Origin: Minisyncoccota bacterium
GTDB taxonomy: Bacteria > Patescibacteriota > Minisyncoccia > Phycocordibacterales > UBA918
DNA length: 64,000 nt
Assembly: GCA_021129515.1 (NCBI GenBank)
Contig: JAJOLD010000001.1
Location: 257,217 to 321,216, forward strand
Reading direction: 5' to 3'
Numbering within the stretch: the first letter of the stretch is position 1; the number at the start of each line of letters is the position of its first letter. The translations under genes were made by a program, and so were the position numbers. Below are positions 17,629 through 26,396 of this stretch, in pieces. Under the pieces are notes generated by a model. It was not told the DNA's origin and did not search any database. It worked only from the letters and a program-made list of their open reading frames with translations.

Positions 17629-17820
17629 CGTCAGAGATTGCTGCGCTTACCAACCGCAGGTACACATGTGCTGTACGTATACACCTAATCTGACGCAAAT
17701 AACAAAGAGCCAAGTCGTCCTGATTTGGAAGCCCGGTGGAACCGCGGATAAGATAGTCATCTTAATCGTCCGAGTGAGTGTATGAAGCAACAATTTCATA
17801 CTTTCACCTGGGCGTTTTTT
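17629..17820 (+). promoter_or_regulatory. T-box riboswitch (transcriptional attenuator) for thrS
   Basis: GGTGGAACCGCG at 17735-17746; antiterminator CGG/GCG pairing with CGTCCG; alternative terminator CGTCCGAGTGAG...TTCACCTGGGCG-T6; upstream of an aminoacyl-tRNA synthetase. Confidence 0.88.
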
Positions 17821-17834
17821 ACTTTATAAGTACC

Positions 17835-17909
17835 GTCATCGCGAGGGACGAAGCGATCCAGAGTATAGGCGCCAAACTCCTGGATTGCTTTGCATCCGCT
17901 CGCAATGAC
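17835..17909. repeat. REP-like palindrome (GTCATTGCGAG/CTCGCAATGAC family)
   Basis: GTCATCGCGAG..GAAGCGATCCAG / CTGGATTGCTTT..CTCGCAATGAC. Confidence 0.8.
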
Positions 17910-17935
17910 ACCCTAATTAACATACAACAGTGATT

Positions 17936-19717
17936 ATGAGTAACTTAGAACAAAAACGACACACCCTCGCACACCTTCTCGCCGACGCGGTGCGCAAGGA
18001 ATACCCCCACGCGAAACCAACCATCGGCCCTGCAATCGAGAATGGCTTTTATTATGACTTTGATTTCTCTGGAGGTCCTAATCCTTCGGACGGACAAGCG
18101 AATGCACCCGGCGATGGAGACCTGAAGAAAATCCAAAAGCACATGAAGAAGACATTGTCTTCGTGGACAGCATTTTCCCACAAAGAAGTATCTGCAGACG
18201 ATGCTCGTGCATACTTCAAAGACAATCCGTACAAAATCGAGCTCATTGATGAACTTGAGAAAGCGGGTGAAGCAATTACGTTCTATACAGTTGGCAAAGA
18301 AGGTGCCGAATTTACCGACCTCTGCGGTGGTGGCCACGCTGAGAATCCTGCAGCAGACATTCCCACTGACAGCTTCAAGCTCGACAAAATCGCCGGTGCG
18401 TACTGGCGGGGTGACGAGAAGAACGCAATGCTCACGCGCATCTACGGTGTCGCCTTTGATACAAAAGAAGACCTCGAAGCATACGAAGTACAGCTCGAGG
18501 AAGCAAAGAAGCGCGACCACCGGAAGCTCGGCAAAGAGCTCGACCTATTCACCTTTTCAGAACTGGTCGGTTCGGGGCTGCCGCTCTTTACCCCAAAAGG
18601 AACCCTGATGCGTGACTTAATCGTTGAGAAAATCATGCACATTCAGGCAAAATATGGGTATGAAAAGGTAACGATTCCACACATTACGAAATGTGACCTA
18701 TACAAAACCTCAGGACATTGGGAGAAATTTGGAGATGAATTATTTAAAGTGAAAGGAAAGTCGGACGCTGAGTTTGTGATGAAGCCGATGAATTGCCCGC
18801 ACCATACACAAATTTTTGCGAGTAAGCCACGCTCATACAAAGAACTCCCCATCCGATACGCGGAAGCAACCATGGTGTACCGCGATGAGCAGCAGGGTGA
18901 GCTAATTGGACTTGGGCGTGTCCGTTCCATTACGCAAGATGATGGACATGTCTTTTGTACCACTGACCAAATTGAACAAGAAGTCGAAAATATTGTGCAT
19001 GTGATTAGTGAGTTTTACCAAAGCCTCGGCATGTTTACCGAAGGCAATTATTGGGTATCCCTTTCAGTACGTGACCCAGAGGAGCCTGACAAGTCCCTTG
19101 GTGGTACAGAAGTATGGGACAAAGCGGAAGCAACACTCGCTGCGATTGCAGAAAAGCTCTCACTTCCCTACACACGCGTTGAAGGAGAAGCTGCATTTTA
19201 TGGACCAAAACTCGACTTTATGTTTAAAGACGCACTGGGTCGTGAGCGGCAGCTTGCAACTGCACAGCTCGATTTTGTGATGCCGGGACGGTTTAACCTA
19301 GAATACACCGACAATGAAGGCAATAAACAGACACCGGTCATGATTCATCGCGCAATTGCCGGCTCACTTGAGCGATTCATGGCAATTATGATTGAGCATT
19401 TTGCGGGGGCCTTTCCACTCTGGCTCTCCCCTGTACAAGTTGCGGTGATTCCGGTTTCAGATGCACACAACGAATACGCACAGAGCGTCTACGATGCGCT
19501 CAAGGCTGCCGGTATTCGTACCGAGCTCGATACCTCAAATGAGTCAATGGGCAAGAAGATTCGGAATGCAAAGAAAGAGAAGCTGCCATACTTTGTTGTT
19601 ATCGGCGACAAGGAAGTCGGGGGGAAAACGATTACGGTTGAATCACGCGATGGCGAATCAACTGCAATGACTTTGAGTGCATTTACGAATCATCTTCTGA
19701 GCGAGATTGATACCTAG
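17936..19717 (+). CDS. thrS: Threonine--tRNA ligase
   Basis: RHTLAHLLA, RDHRKLGKEL, KPMNCPHH, AAFYGPKLD, MIHRAIAGSLERF. Confidence 0.97.
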   Translation: MSNLEQKRHTLAHLLADAVRKEYPHAKPTIGPAIENGFYYDFDFSGGPNPSDGQANAPGDGDLKKIQKHMKKTLSSWTAFSHKEVSADDARAYFKDNPYKIELIDELEKAGEAITFYTVGKEGAEFTDLCGGGHAENPAADIPTDSFKLDKIAGAYWRGDEKNAMLTRIYGVAFDTKEDLEAYEVQLEEAKKRDHRKLGKELDLFTFSELVGSGLPLFTPKGTLMRDLIVEKIMHIQAKYGYEKVTIPHITKCDLYKTSGHWEKFGDELFKVKGKSDAEFVMKPMNCPHHTQIFASKPRSYKELPIRYAEATMVYRDEQQGELIGLGRVRSITQDDGHVFCTTDQIEQEVENIVHVISEFYQSLGMFTEGNYWVSLSVRDPEEPDKSLGGTEVWDKAEATLAAIAEKLSLPYTRVEGEAAFYGPKLDFMFKDALGRERQLATAQLDFVMPGRFNLEYTDNEGNKQTPVMIHRAIAGSLERFMAIMIEHFAGAFPLWLSPVQVAVIPVSDAHNEYAQSVYDALKAAGIRTELDTSNESMGKKIRNAKKEKLPYFVVIGDKEVGGKTITVESRDGESTAMTLSAFTNHLLSEIDT

Positions 19718-19727
19718 ACACCTTCAC

Positions 19728-19769
19728 AGGCAACAAAAAAATCCCCTTGCGGGGATTTTTTTGTTGCCT
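19728..19769. terminator. Bidirectional terminator
   Basis: AGGCAACAAAAAAATCCCC-TTGC-GGGGATTTTTTTGTTGCCT. Confidence 0.8.
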
Positions 19770-19783
19770 CTATGAAAGGAAGT

Positions 19784-22700
19784 TTAGCCAATAGCTTTCA
19801 CTGCCTTCATCACAGCCAACTTAACGGAAGCTGTTTCGTTAGAGTACGTACCATCAATTGCTGAGGTAAGCGCTCCGATAGCTGCTTCGTACTTCGCGTC
19901 GAGGTCGGCATTTTGACCCTTCGTCGCTCGGTACTGTGCATCAAGGTCTGCTGCTGCAGTCGCAAGTGTCGCAAGTGGGTTTTCACCAAGTGTTGCGTAT
20001 GCAGCTACTACGTCACCCTTCATGATTGCTGCCGCAAGTGCGTCAGTTGACGCTGGAGTGGCAACGGGTGCTGGAGTTGGTGCTGCGGTCATCTGCACAC
20101 CTGCAGCATGCATAAGTGCTACTGCACGTTCTTTGTTGATGACTGCCCATCCATCTTCAAGTGGATGTGCTTCTTTCACTTTGTTAATAAGTGTATCCAA
20201 GAGTGCAAATCGCGCTTCAGTAGTATCAGCTTGTTCGATAATGAATCGAATTGCGTTACTTGAAAGTAGACAATTTGCTTCGTTTGCTCGGTTTTCGAGT
20301 GCTGCGATTTCGTCGGCATCCTGACCGTTGTCTGCAAATGCCACATCCTCTGTTGCCACCTCTTCTGTGTCCGCTGCATATCCAACAACTGGATTGTATG
20401 TTGCAGTTGGCAGATTTGATGGAATGTCAGTCGCTGCAGGAATCGTGTGCTTGGTCACCTCAGGAACAGTTACGCTCTGTGGCATAAATGTCTGTTCTGT
20501 TGCCGTATCATTTGGAAGTTCGATACCAAGTACTGAACTCTTTCGAATCACGAGTACGTATGCAACACCAAGACTCCAGACAATAAGCAGTGTGTAGAAG
20601 ATTGCGGTCAATGTTGGACCTGCTTCAAAACCAGTGTATGGCACGCTTCCGAGGGACACCACGAGTGGCTGTTGGTCACGTACAACACTCAAGGTTACAT
20701 CATCTTCAATTTCTACCTCGACTTTACAGTCACGATCCCTACTTCCACGGAATACGGTCATCGTATACTCAGTATCTCGCGTTGGCTTGAGGGTAATAGA
20801 ACCGTCATCCTCGTCAACATCTTTATCTTCTGATCGTTCGGTGTCGATAATCACGTTTCCGCGGTTATCTTCAATCTTCATGTCATTTGTTCGGGCGTTG
20901 TCCCAGGTAAGGGTAATTTCTTCACCCTTGGTAATCTTGGTGTCTGAAATTTCAAGTTCACAACGAGGTGAGCTTGAACCACCACCGCCACCACCAGAAG
21001 TGGTATCAACTGATACGGTACACGTCACTTCATCGGTACCATCGGTAGCAGTAAGCGTGTAGGTGGTATCGCTGTTTACGGTAACGGTTTCATCACCATC
21101 AACAGCTACCGCACCAATACCTTGGTCAATAGACACACTCGTTGCACCAGTTGTGTTCCACTTGAGTTCTACTGATGAACCTTCATGAACACTGCTGTCA
21201 CTCACCGTAAATGCATCACAACGTAGTTCTGAAACCGGTTCATCTTCAATAGTTACCGTATCATCACAGGTCACAGTCTTACCATGTCCTGTTGCAGTCA
21301 ATGTATATGTTGTATCGGTAGTTGGTGCAGATGTAGTAGAACCATCAGTTGTGACAGAACCAATACCTTGGTCAATAGATACCGTATCAGCATTTACCGT
21401 TGACCACGTGAGCGTCACGTCGTCACCCTTGGTAATCGTGTCGGGAGTCACGGCAAGTGTACACTGTGGTTCAGGATTTGGCGTTGCAACAATAATTTTT
21501 TCTTCACATGTTACCTGACCGCCAGCGCCCGTTGCAGTAAGGGTATAGGTTTTTGTTTCTGTTACGTTGAGTACCTTGCTTCCATCGGGATCTACCGTAC
21601 CAACCCCTTGGTCAATAGAGACATCAGTAGCGTTTGTTGTTTCCCACGTGAAGGTCACGTCGCCACCACCAATAGGAAGTGATGCTGGAATACCAGCAAA
21701 TGCATCACAGGTAGGTGCAGGTACTTCGATTTTTTCAAACATCGCACATACTGGTTCTACGCTGTTTGCTGATGTGGTGTCTGGGTATTTTGCATGTATT
21801 GCTTTAATACCAGTAATTGGCTGTGTGAGCATATACTTTGTTTCGACAACCTGCTCACGCTGTGCTTCACGCACAGTATCAGCAAGATCACCAATTGCAT
21901 CAGATGCTTGTACACGAGTACCGTTCACAAAGAATCCAAGGTACCACCGTTCATCTGGCTGTGAGACTTGCTCACGACCGTTGTACCCATCCCATGAGAA
22001 GAGGGTAATTTTGTAGCTCCCAGCATCAAGATTCACATTTCGAAGCACAGTTGTCGCTTGTGAAGAATCTTGGTCGCTGCGGATGCGATTATTAAATGAA
22101 ACAACAGTTCGGTCAGCATTGCCCGCAAATGGACATGCTGGACGTACCGGATTTTCTGGCACCTCGACAACCACCTCAGTTGTACAGGTTTTGCTTCCTG
22201 CTGCATTTTTTGCAGTGAGAGTGTACGTTGTGTCGGTTGTTGGTGCTACGGTTGTCGTACCGTCTTCAGCAACAACACCAACGCCATTATCAATCATAAC
22301 TTCGGTTGCGTCGGTAGTCTCCCAAGTCAACGTTGCTGACGCACCTTTCGTAATTTTTGATGGCTGTGCGTCAAATGCATCACATGTTGGCAATGGATCT
22401 GGAATGCGTTCAACCATTGCACACACTGGCCAAAGACTATTTGGACTTGTGTTGTCTACCCATGCTGCATGTACTGCTTTTACACCGGTAATTGTGTCGG
22501 TAATAGTAAGTGCATTGTTCACCTTTTGCTTTCGCTGTGCAGTTTCTACACCATCAGCAAGATCAGCTGTTGAACCAGACTCAGCAAGTACGTTTGCACC
22601 ATTGAGGAACACCAAACGGTATTGCTCTCGATTCTGTCCAGTTACTGCTGTGCGCCCAACATACCCGTCGTACGCAAAGAGGTGTACTTTGTAGTCTCCC

Positions 22701-22999
22701 GCAGGAAGATTGGTTGACTCAACATCAGTTTCAGGATTATTGAAATTCTTTGAGCTGTAAATACGGTCAGTGAATTCAAAAACTGTTTTAGTATCACTAT
22801 CCTTAAATGGACATGCCGGAGGATCAATAAATTGTGTTGATGCAGATGCAACTGCCACCTCCATGGTCAATCCAGTTGTGTCAGTGCCCACATTTCCTAG
22901 TGATGGTAGCATCACAAAAACCGCAAGCAATGCACTGATAAGCGCAATAGCGGTAAATGCAACAGTACCAATATGTGTGTGTTTGATAATTGTATTCAT
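19784..22999 (-). CDS. Large surface protein with Cys-bounded Ig-like repeats, VPYTG sorting motif, TM helix and long C-terminal domain
   Basis: N-terminal hydrophobic segment; repeats PTC..TLTW.TT.AT.V.ID.G.G..DTTYTLTA..C; two PACPF..VCAM domains; VPYTG at 20630-20644 then TM; next to sortase. Confidence 0.85.
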   Translation of the reverse strand: MNTIIKHTHIGTVAFTAIALISALLAVFVMLPSLGNVGTDTTGLTMEVAVASASTQFIDPPACPFKDSDTKTVFEFTDRIYSSKNFNNPETDVESTNLPAGDYKVHLFAYDGYVGRTAVTGQNREQYRLVFLNGANVLAESGSTADLADGVETAQRKQKVNNALTITDTITGVKAVHAAWVDNTSPNSLWPVCAMVERIPDPLPTCDAFDAQPSKITKGASATLTWETTDATEVMIDNGVGVVAEDGTTTVAPTTDTTYTLTAKNAAGSKTCTTEVVVEVPENPVRPACPFAGNADRTVVSFNNRIRSDQDSSQATTVLRNVNLDAGSYKITLFSWDGYNGREQVSQPDERWYLGFFVNGTRVQASDAIGDLADTVREAQREQVVETKYMLTQPITGIKAIHAKYPDTTSANSVEPVCAMFEKIEVPAPTCDAFAGIPASLPIGGGDVTFTWETTNATDVSIDQGVGTVDPDGSKVLNVTETKTYTLTATGAGGQVTCEEKIIVATPNPEPQCTLAVTPDTITKGDDVTLTWSTVNADTVSIDQGIGSVTTDGSTTSAPTTDTTYTLTATGHGKTVTCDDTVTIEDEPVSELRCDAFTVSDSSVHEGSSVELKWNTTGATSVSIDQGIGAVAVDGDETVTVNSDTTYTLTATDGTDEVTCTVSVDTTSGGGGGGSSSPRCELEISDTKITKGEEITLTWDNARTNDMKIEDNRGNVIIDTERSEDKDVDEDDGSITLKPTRDTEYTMTVFRGSRDRDCKVEVEIEDDVTLSVVRDQQPLVVSLGSVPYTGFEAGPTLTAIFYTLLIVWSLGVAYVLVIRKSSVLGIELPNDTATEQTFMPQSVTVPEVTKHTIPAATDIPSNLPTATYNPVVGYAADTEEVATEDVAFADNGQDADEIAALENRANEANCLLSSNAIRFIIEQADTTEARFALLDTLINKVKEAHPLEDGWAVINKERAVALMHAAGVQMTAAPTPAPVATPASTDALAAAIMKGDVVAAYATLGENPLATLATAAADLDAQYRATKGQNADLDAKYEAAIGALTSAIDGTYSNETASVKLAVMKAVKAIG

Positions 23000-23170
23000 G
23001 ATAATGTTTGTTGTTTCTAAATAATCCCACCTGCAATGCACGCGAGAATATCAAAAATAACAAATATGATACGCACCATCACCACATGCAGACGATTGCT
23101 GTGGTAGACGATACTAGTAGGTTGTAAAAGAGGTTATTTGGGTCGCACCCAAAGAACAAGTAATAGTAAA

Positions 23171-23199
23171 ATTGTATACTATTTTTAATATTTTGTCAA
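23171..23199 (-). promoter_or_regulatory. Promoter of the large surface protein gene
   Basis: TTGACA-17 nt-TACAAT, about 165 nt upstream of the start. Confidence 0.75.
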
Positions 23200-23287
23200 G
23201 TATCATACCTACTCCATCAGGCTACCAAAGGTATACACCGAAATGGACGGTTTTTCACCCTTTACAACAATGCAGATATACTGCCAA

Positions 23288-24106
23288 CTATACATCTGCA
23301 TTTAATGCTCGTTTTTCAACAAGCGTTGCTTCGACAATATAGCGATCATCTTTTGAACCAAATGAGTTACAAGTCGCAAGTGTCAGTTTTGCTTCCCCAT
23401 ATTCAATTGCGACATCAGCACTGCTTGCCTTTACTTCGTAGACACGGTCTACACGATATACATACTCCATATCTGCTGAGTGGAGGCGCACGGTATCACC
23501 CCAAGTGAGTTTCTGGATACCGTTAAATGCTTGAAAATTCTTATTGATGACATTAGGCAGATAGCTTGAGTGCCCAAAGAGAAACAACGTACCATCTTGC
23601 ATGAGGTTCGCTGAATCAGGGTGTCGCACTACACCTGAAAGCAACGCATGGTCAAGGTCAGCAATACTGGTTGATTGCGGATTACGCACTGACACGATGC
23701 GATTATCAAGCGAATCAAAGATAATCTGGAGTGGCAGTGCTGCCGTTGCGGCAGGCGCATCCGCAGAAGAAGACGTGTATACTTCTTCTGTACGAACTGG
23801 CTCAGACGCAGCACGGAGCGTATCTGTACGTAACACTTCAGTATCAGCATCAATTTCAGCGCTCTGTTCAGCGATGGTAGGGCTATCTGGTACCGGAGTA
23901 GCAAACGTAGGCTCGTCAATCACCACAGCAGCTTTGGTCTCAGATGCATCGTGAGTTGGTTTCTCCGGCAAAAAATCAATAACGAATAGAAGCCCATACG
24001 TTACCGTAATAACACCCATAAATACCAAGAAAAAGAGTACCTTTTCCTCCCAAAAAATATCCCAGATGTCAGGTGTATTGTTGTCGTGTGTAATCTTTGT
24101 AGTCAT
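23288..24106 (-). CDS. Sortase
   Basis: N-terminal TM, LFGHSS (His), LTLATC (TLxTC Cys), downstream RYIV (Arg). Confidence 0.9.
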   Translation of the reverse strand: MTTKITHDNNTPDIWDIFWEEKVLFFLVFMGVITVTYGLLFVIDFLPEKPTHDASETKAAVVIDEPTFATPVPDSPTIAEQSAEIDADTEVLRTDTLRAASEPVRTEEVYTSSSADAPAATAALPLQIIFDSLDNRIVSVRNPQSTSIADLDHALLSGVVRHPDSANLMQDGTLFLFGHSSYLPNVINKNFQAFNGIQKLTWGDTVRLHSADMEYVYRVDRVYEVKASSADVAIEYGEAKLTLATCNSFGSKDDRYIVEATLVEKRALNADV

Positions 24107-24159
24107 AACTTATGTAAATATATAATACATTATTTATACTTATTTGTCAACATCACTTA

Positions 24160-24270
24160 GAACCAGTCTCAAACCCCCTGGAGCACTAAGATTTTCAAAA
24201 TGTGTTGAGAATCGACTGCCCAGAACAGTTTTTTAGAATATCTTTTACGTGGGAGTTTTGAGACTGGTTC
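24160..24270. mobile_element. MITE with 14 bp terminal inverted repeats and TTA target duplication
   Basis: TTA|GAACCAGTCTCAAA ... TTTGAGACTGGTTC|TTA; no ORF. Confidence 0.75.
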
Positions 24271-24364
24271 TTATGTACGGCGATACATACATAGGGCTAT
24301 ATAGTGTATGCGTACACAATACCATATTGACAAAAGACTTCTTGGATGGTAGTATCCCCGCACT

Positions 24365-25459
24365 ATGAATCAGGTATCAGAAAAATCAAAAAACGGAGCC
24401 ATTAAGACCTTAGCAATTATTGGCTTTGTTGCCATGGTGGTACTTGTGGTGTGGCTATTTATACAAGTAATTCGTGTTGTGCCAACCGCATTCTCTTCCC
24501 TCGCCTCTTTGGCTGATAGTGTCTACAACAATCGACCTATCAATACACTCGATGTCGCTCTTGAAAAAAGCATTGTCAATGCAGGTGATGATTTCACCGT
24601 ATCATGGACCAATCTTAATCGTGAAGGTATCTACACCTTCCAGTACGAGTGTGTCGATGGTGTATCGGTTGATGTCCGTACTGCAGCTGGTGTAAACGCA
24701 GTACCCTGTGAGCACGGACTTGCACTTCCAGGAAGTACAAACCAAATGGACATGCTTATCTCATCAGAAAAACGACGATTTACTGATGTACCCTTCACCC
24801 TCACTTTCACCGAGATAAACGAGGTAGAACCACTCTTCACTCGTGACGGTAAAGTAACCATCATCAATGCTACTATCCCGCAAAACGTAGATCTTGCTGA
24901 ACACACTGATGACGATACCGACACCACCACTGATACCACACCTGACACTGCTCACGGTACGGTTGCTGGTGAACGTACAACTACCGAAGAAAGCACCGAA
25001 GTTGCAACACGACCAACACCAACACAAACAACAGGCACGACCCCGGCGCCACGTACTCCCACACCAACAACCTACTCATACATCCCGGTATCATATGAAA
25101 ATGGTTTTACCGACCTTCGGGTAACCTTCCTCGGTATCGGTGTGTTGAGCGGTGGCACCTTTACACCAAAGGCGGCACTCGACACTGACGAAGATAATGG
25201 TGCATTCCAGTTTGAGGTAAAGAACATTGGTACCAAAACTTCAGAAAAGTGGTCATTTGAGGCAATACTACCATCAGGCCAGGAATTCGACTCAGAAAGC
25301 CAGACCGCACTCAAGCCAAACGAACGAGCAGTATTTACGTTAGGATTTGAAGATATTGGAGATACTGGTTCAAAAGAAATTTCTGTTGCACTTGACGTCG
25401 ACAATGACTCTAAGAAAAGTAACAACTCCTTTGACTGGAGCGTGAAAGTGACTGACTAG
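24365..25459 (+). CDS. Membrane-anchored protein with T/P-rich linker and C-terminal CARDB/Ig-like domain
   Basis: N-terminal TM; DLRV..FEVKNIGTK..D.DNDSKKSNN CARDB-like pattern. Confidence 0.8.
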   Translation: MNQVSEKSKNGAIKTLAIIGFVAMVVLVVWLFIQVIRVVPTAFSSLASLADSVYNNRPINTLDVALEKSIVNAGDDFTVSWTNLNREGIYTFQYECVDGVSVDVRTAAGVNAVPCEHGLALPGSTNQMDMLISSEKRRFTDVPFTLTFTEINEVEPLFTRDGKVTIINATIPQNVDLAEHTDDDTDTTTDTTPDTAHGTVAGERTTTEESTEVATRPTPTQTTGTTPAPRTPTPTTYSYIPVSYENGFTDLRVTFLGIGVLSGGTFTPKAALDTDEDNGAFQFEVKNIGTKTSEKWSFEAILPSGQEFDSESQTALKPNERAVFTLGFEDIGDTGSKEISVALDVDNDSKKSNNSFDWSVKVTD

Positions 25460-25474
25460 TAGTTAGTACTTAGT

Positions 25475-25515
25475 CAACAAGAAACCCGCGGCCTCCGGCT
25501 GCGGGTTTCTTGTTG
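25475..25515. terminator. Bidirectional terminator
   Basis: CAACAAGAAACCCGC..GCCTCCGGC..GCGGGTTTCTTGTTG. Confidence 0.75.
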
Positions 25516-25621
25516 TAATTTTAAATTTTGAATTATACATTTGACCAATATTTTAATCATCAATTTAGTCAAATCGATACCAACCCATGGCAATCAAATA
25601 ACGAACCACACACCTCATGCG

Positions 25622-26298
25622 TTAGTGCCTAGACCGCTTAATCTCATGGAAAATTTCCTCATAGAATCTTTCACATTCTGTGTACGTCATAAAAAGACTC
25701 TCAATTACATGTCCACCAGCATGAGCAACAAATTTTTCATACAGCTCCTCACGTTCTGGGGTGTCTAGATATCGAGTGATAGTATATTTTATAGCGTTAT
25801 CACTCCAGAATTGTATATAGAAAATATCATATTCCTTTTCTTCTGCGTATGGTGAGCTCTTTATGTACTCTATTCCACATGAAAATATTTTAGCTTCATA
25901 ATCAAGTGCCTGTTTTATATGTTCTGAATTGAGAAGATTATTCTCTGCTAAGTACATTTGATATTCAGTGACTTGGGTACCAGCAAAAAACTCTCCACCA
26001 CCTGCCGGTCGCGATGAAACACTTCAACAATAGCGATTTCAATGTCATCCCTCACTCCGTTGTCATTCGTGTCCACAAAAGACCGCTTTGCTTCACGAGG
26101 AGTTGGAACGGCTGGAAGTACATCGGTGTAGAATTTTGATTCCTTTACTACACTATCACTGTCTGCATATTTTTGGTTATGCTCCGCTATAAAAGCTTTC
26201 TGCTTTTGGTATGTTGTCTGTTCATCATATAGTTTAAAAATTTGCACTAGTGCAAAAGCTGCCAGAAGCACTGCCAAAATTGCGTACCGTTTCTTCAT
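25622..26298 (-). pseudogene. Membrane-anchored or secreted protein split by a frameshift in a T6 run
   Basis: ORFs 25948-26298 and 25622-25957 join if one T is added at 25985-25990 (ESFFAGTQVTEYQMYLAENN); DTNDNGVRDDIE Ca-binding-like motif. Confidence 0.6.
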
Positions 26299-26313
26299 AT
26301 GACTAATTGTACC

Positions 26314-26352
26314 AAACAAAACCCCGCAGGCTTCGCCTGCGGGGTTTTGTTT
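26314..26352. terminator. Terminator after gyrB
   Basis: AAACAAAACCCCGCAGGC-TTC-GCCTGCGGGGTTTTGTTT. Confidence 0.75.
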
Positions 26353-26396
26353 CCATATACTTATACTAAATACTTATTCTATATACTGAGCGCCAG

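Noticed and set aside
23000..23170. Riboswitch in the leader of the large surface protein
   Set aside because: Only a small hairpin (TTTGGGT..ACCCAAA) is visible; no recognisable aptamer or terminator
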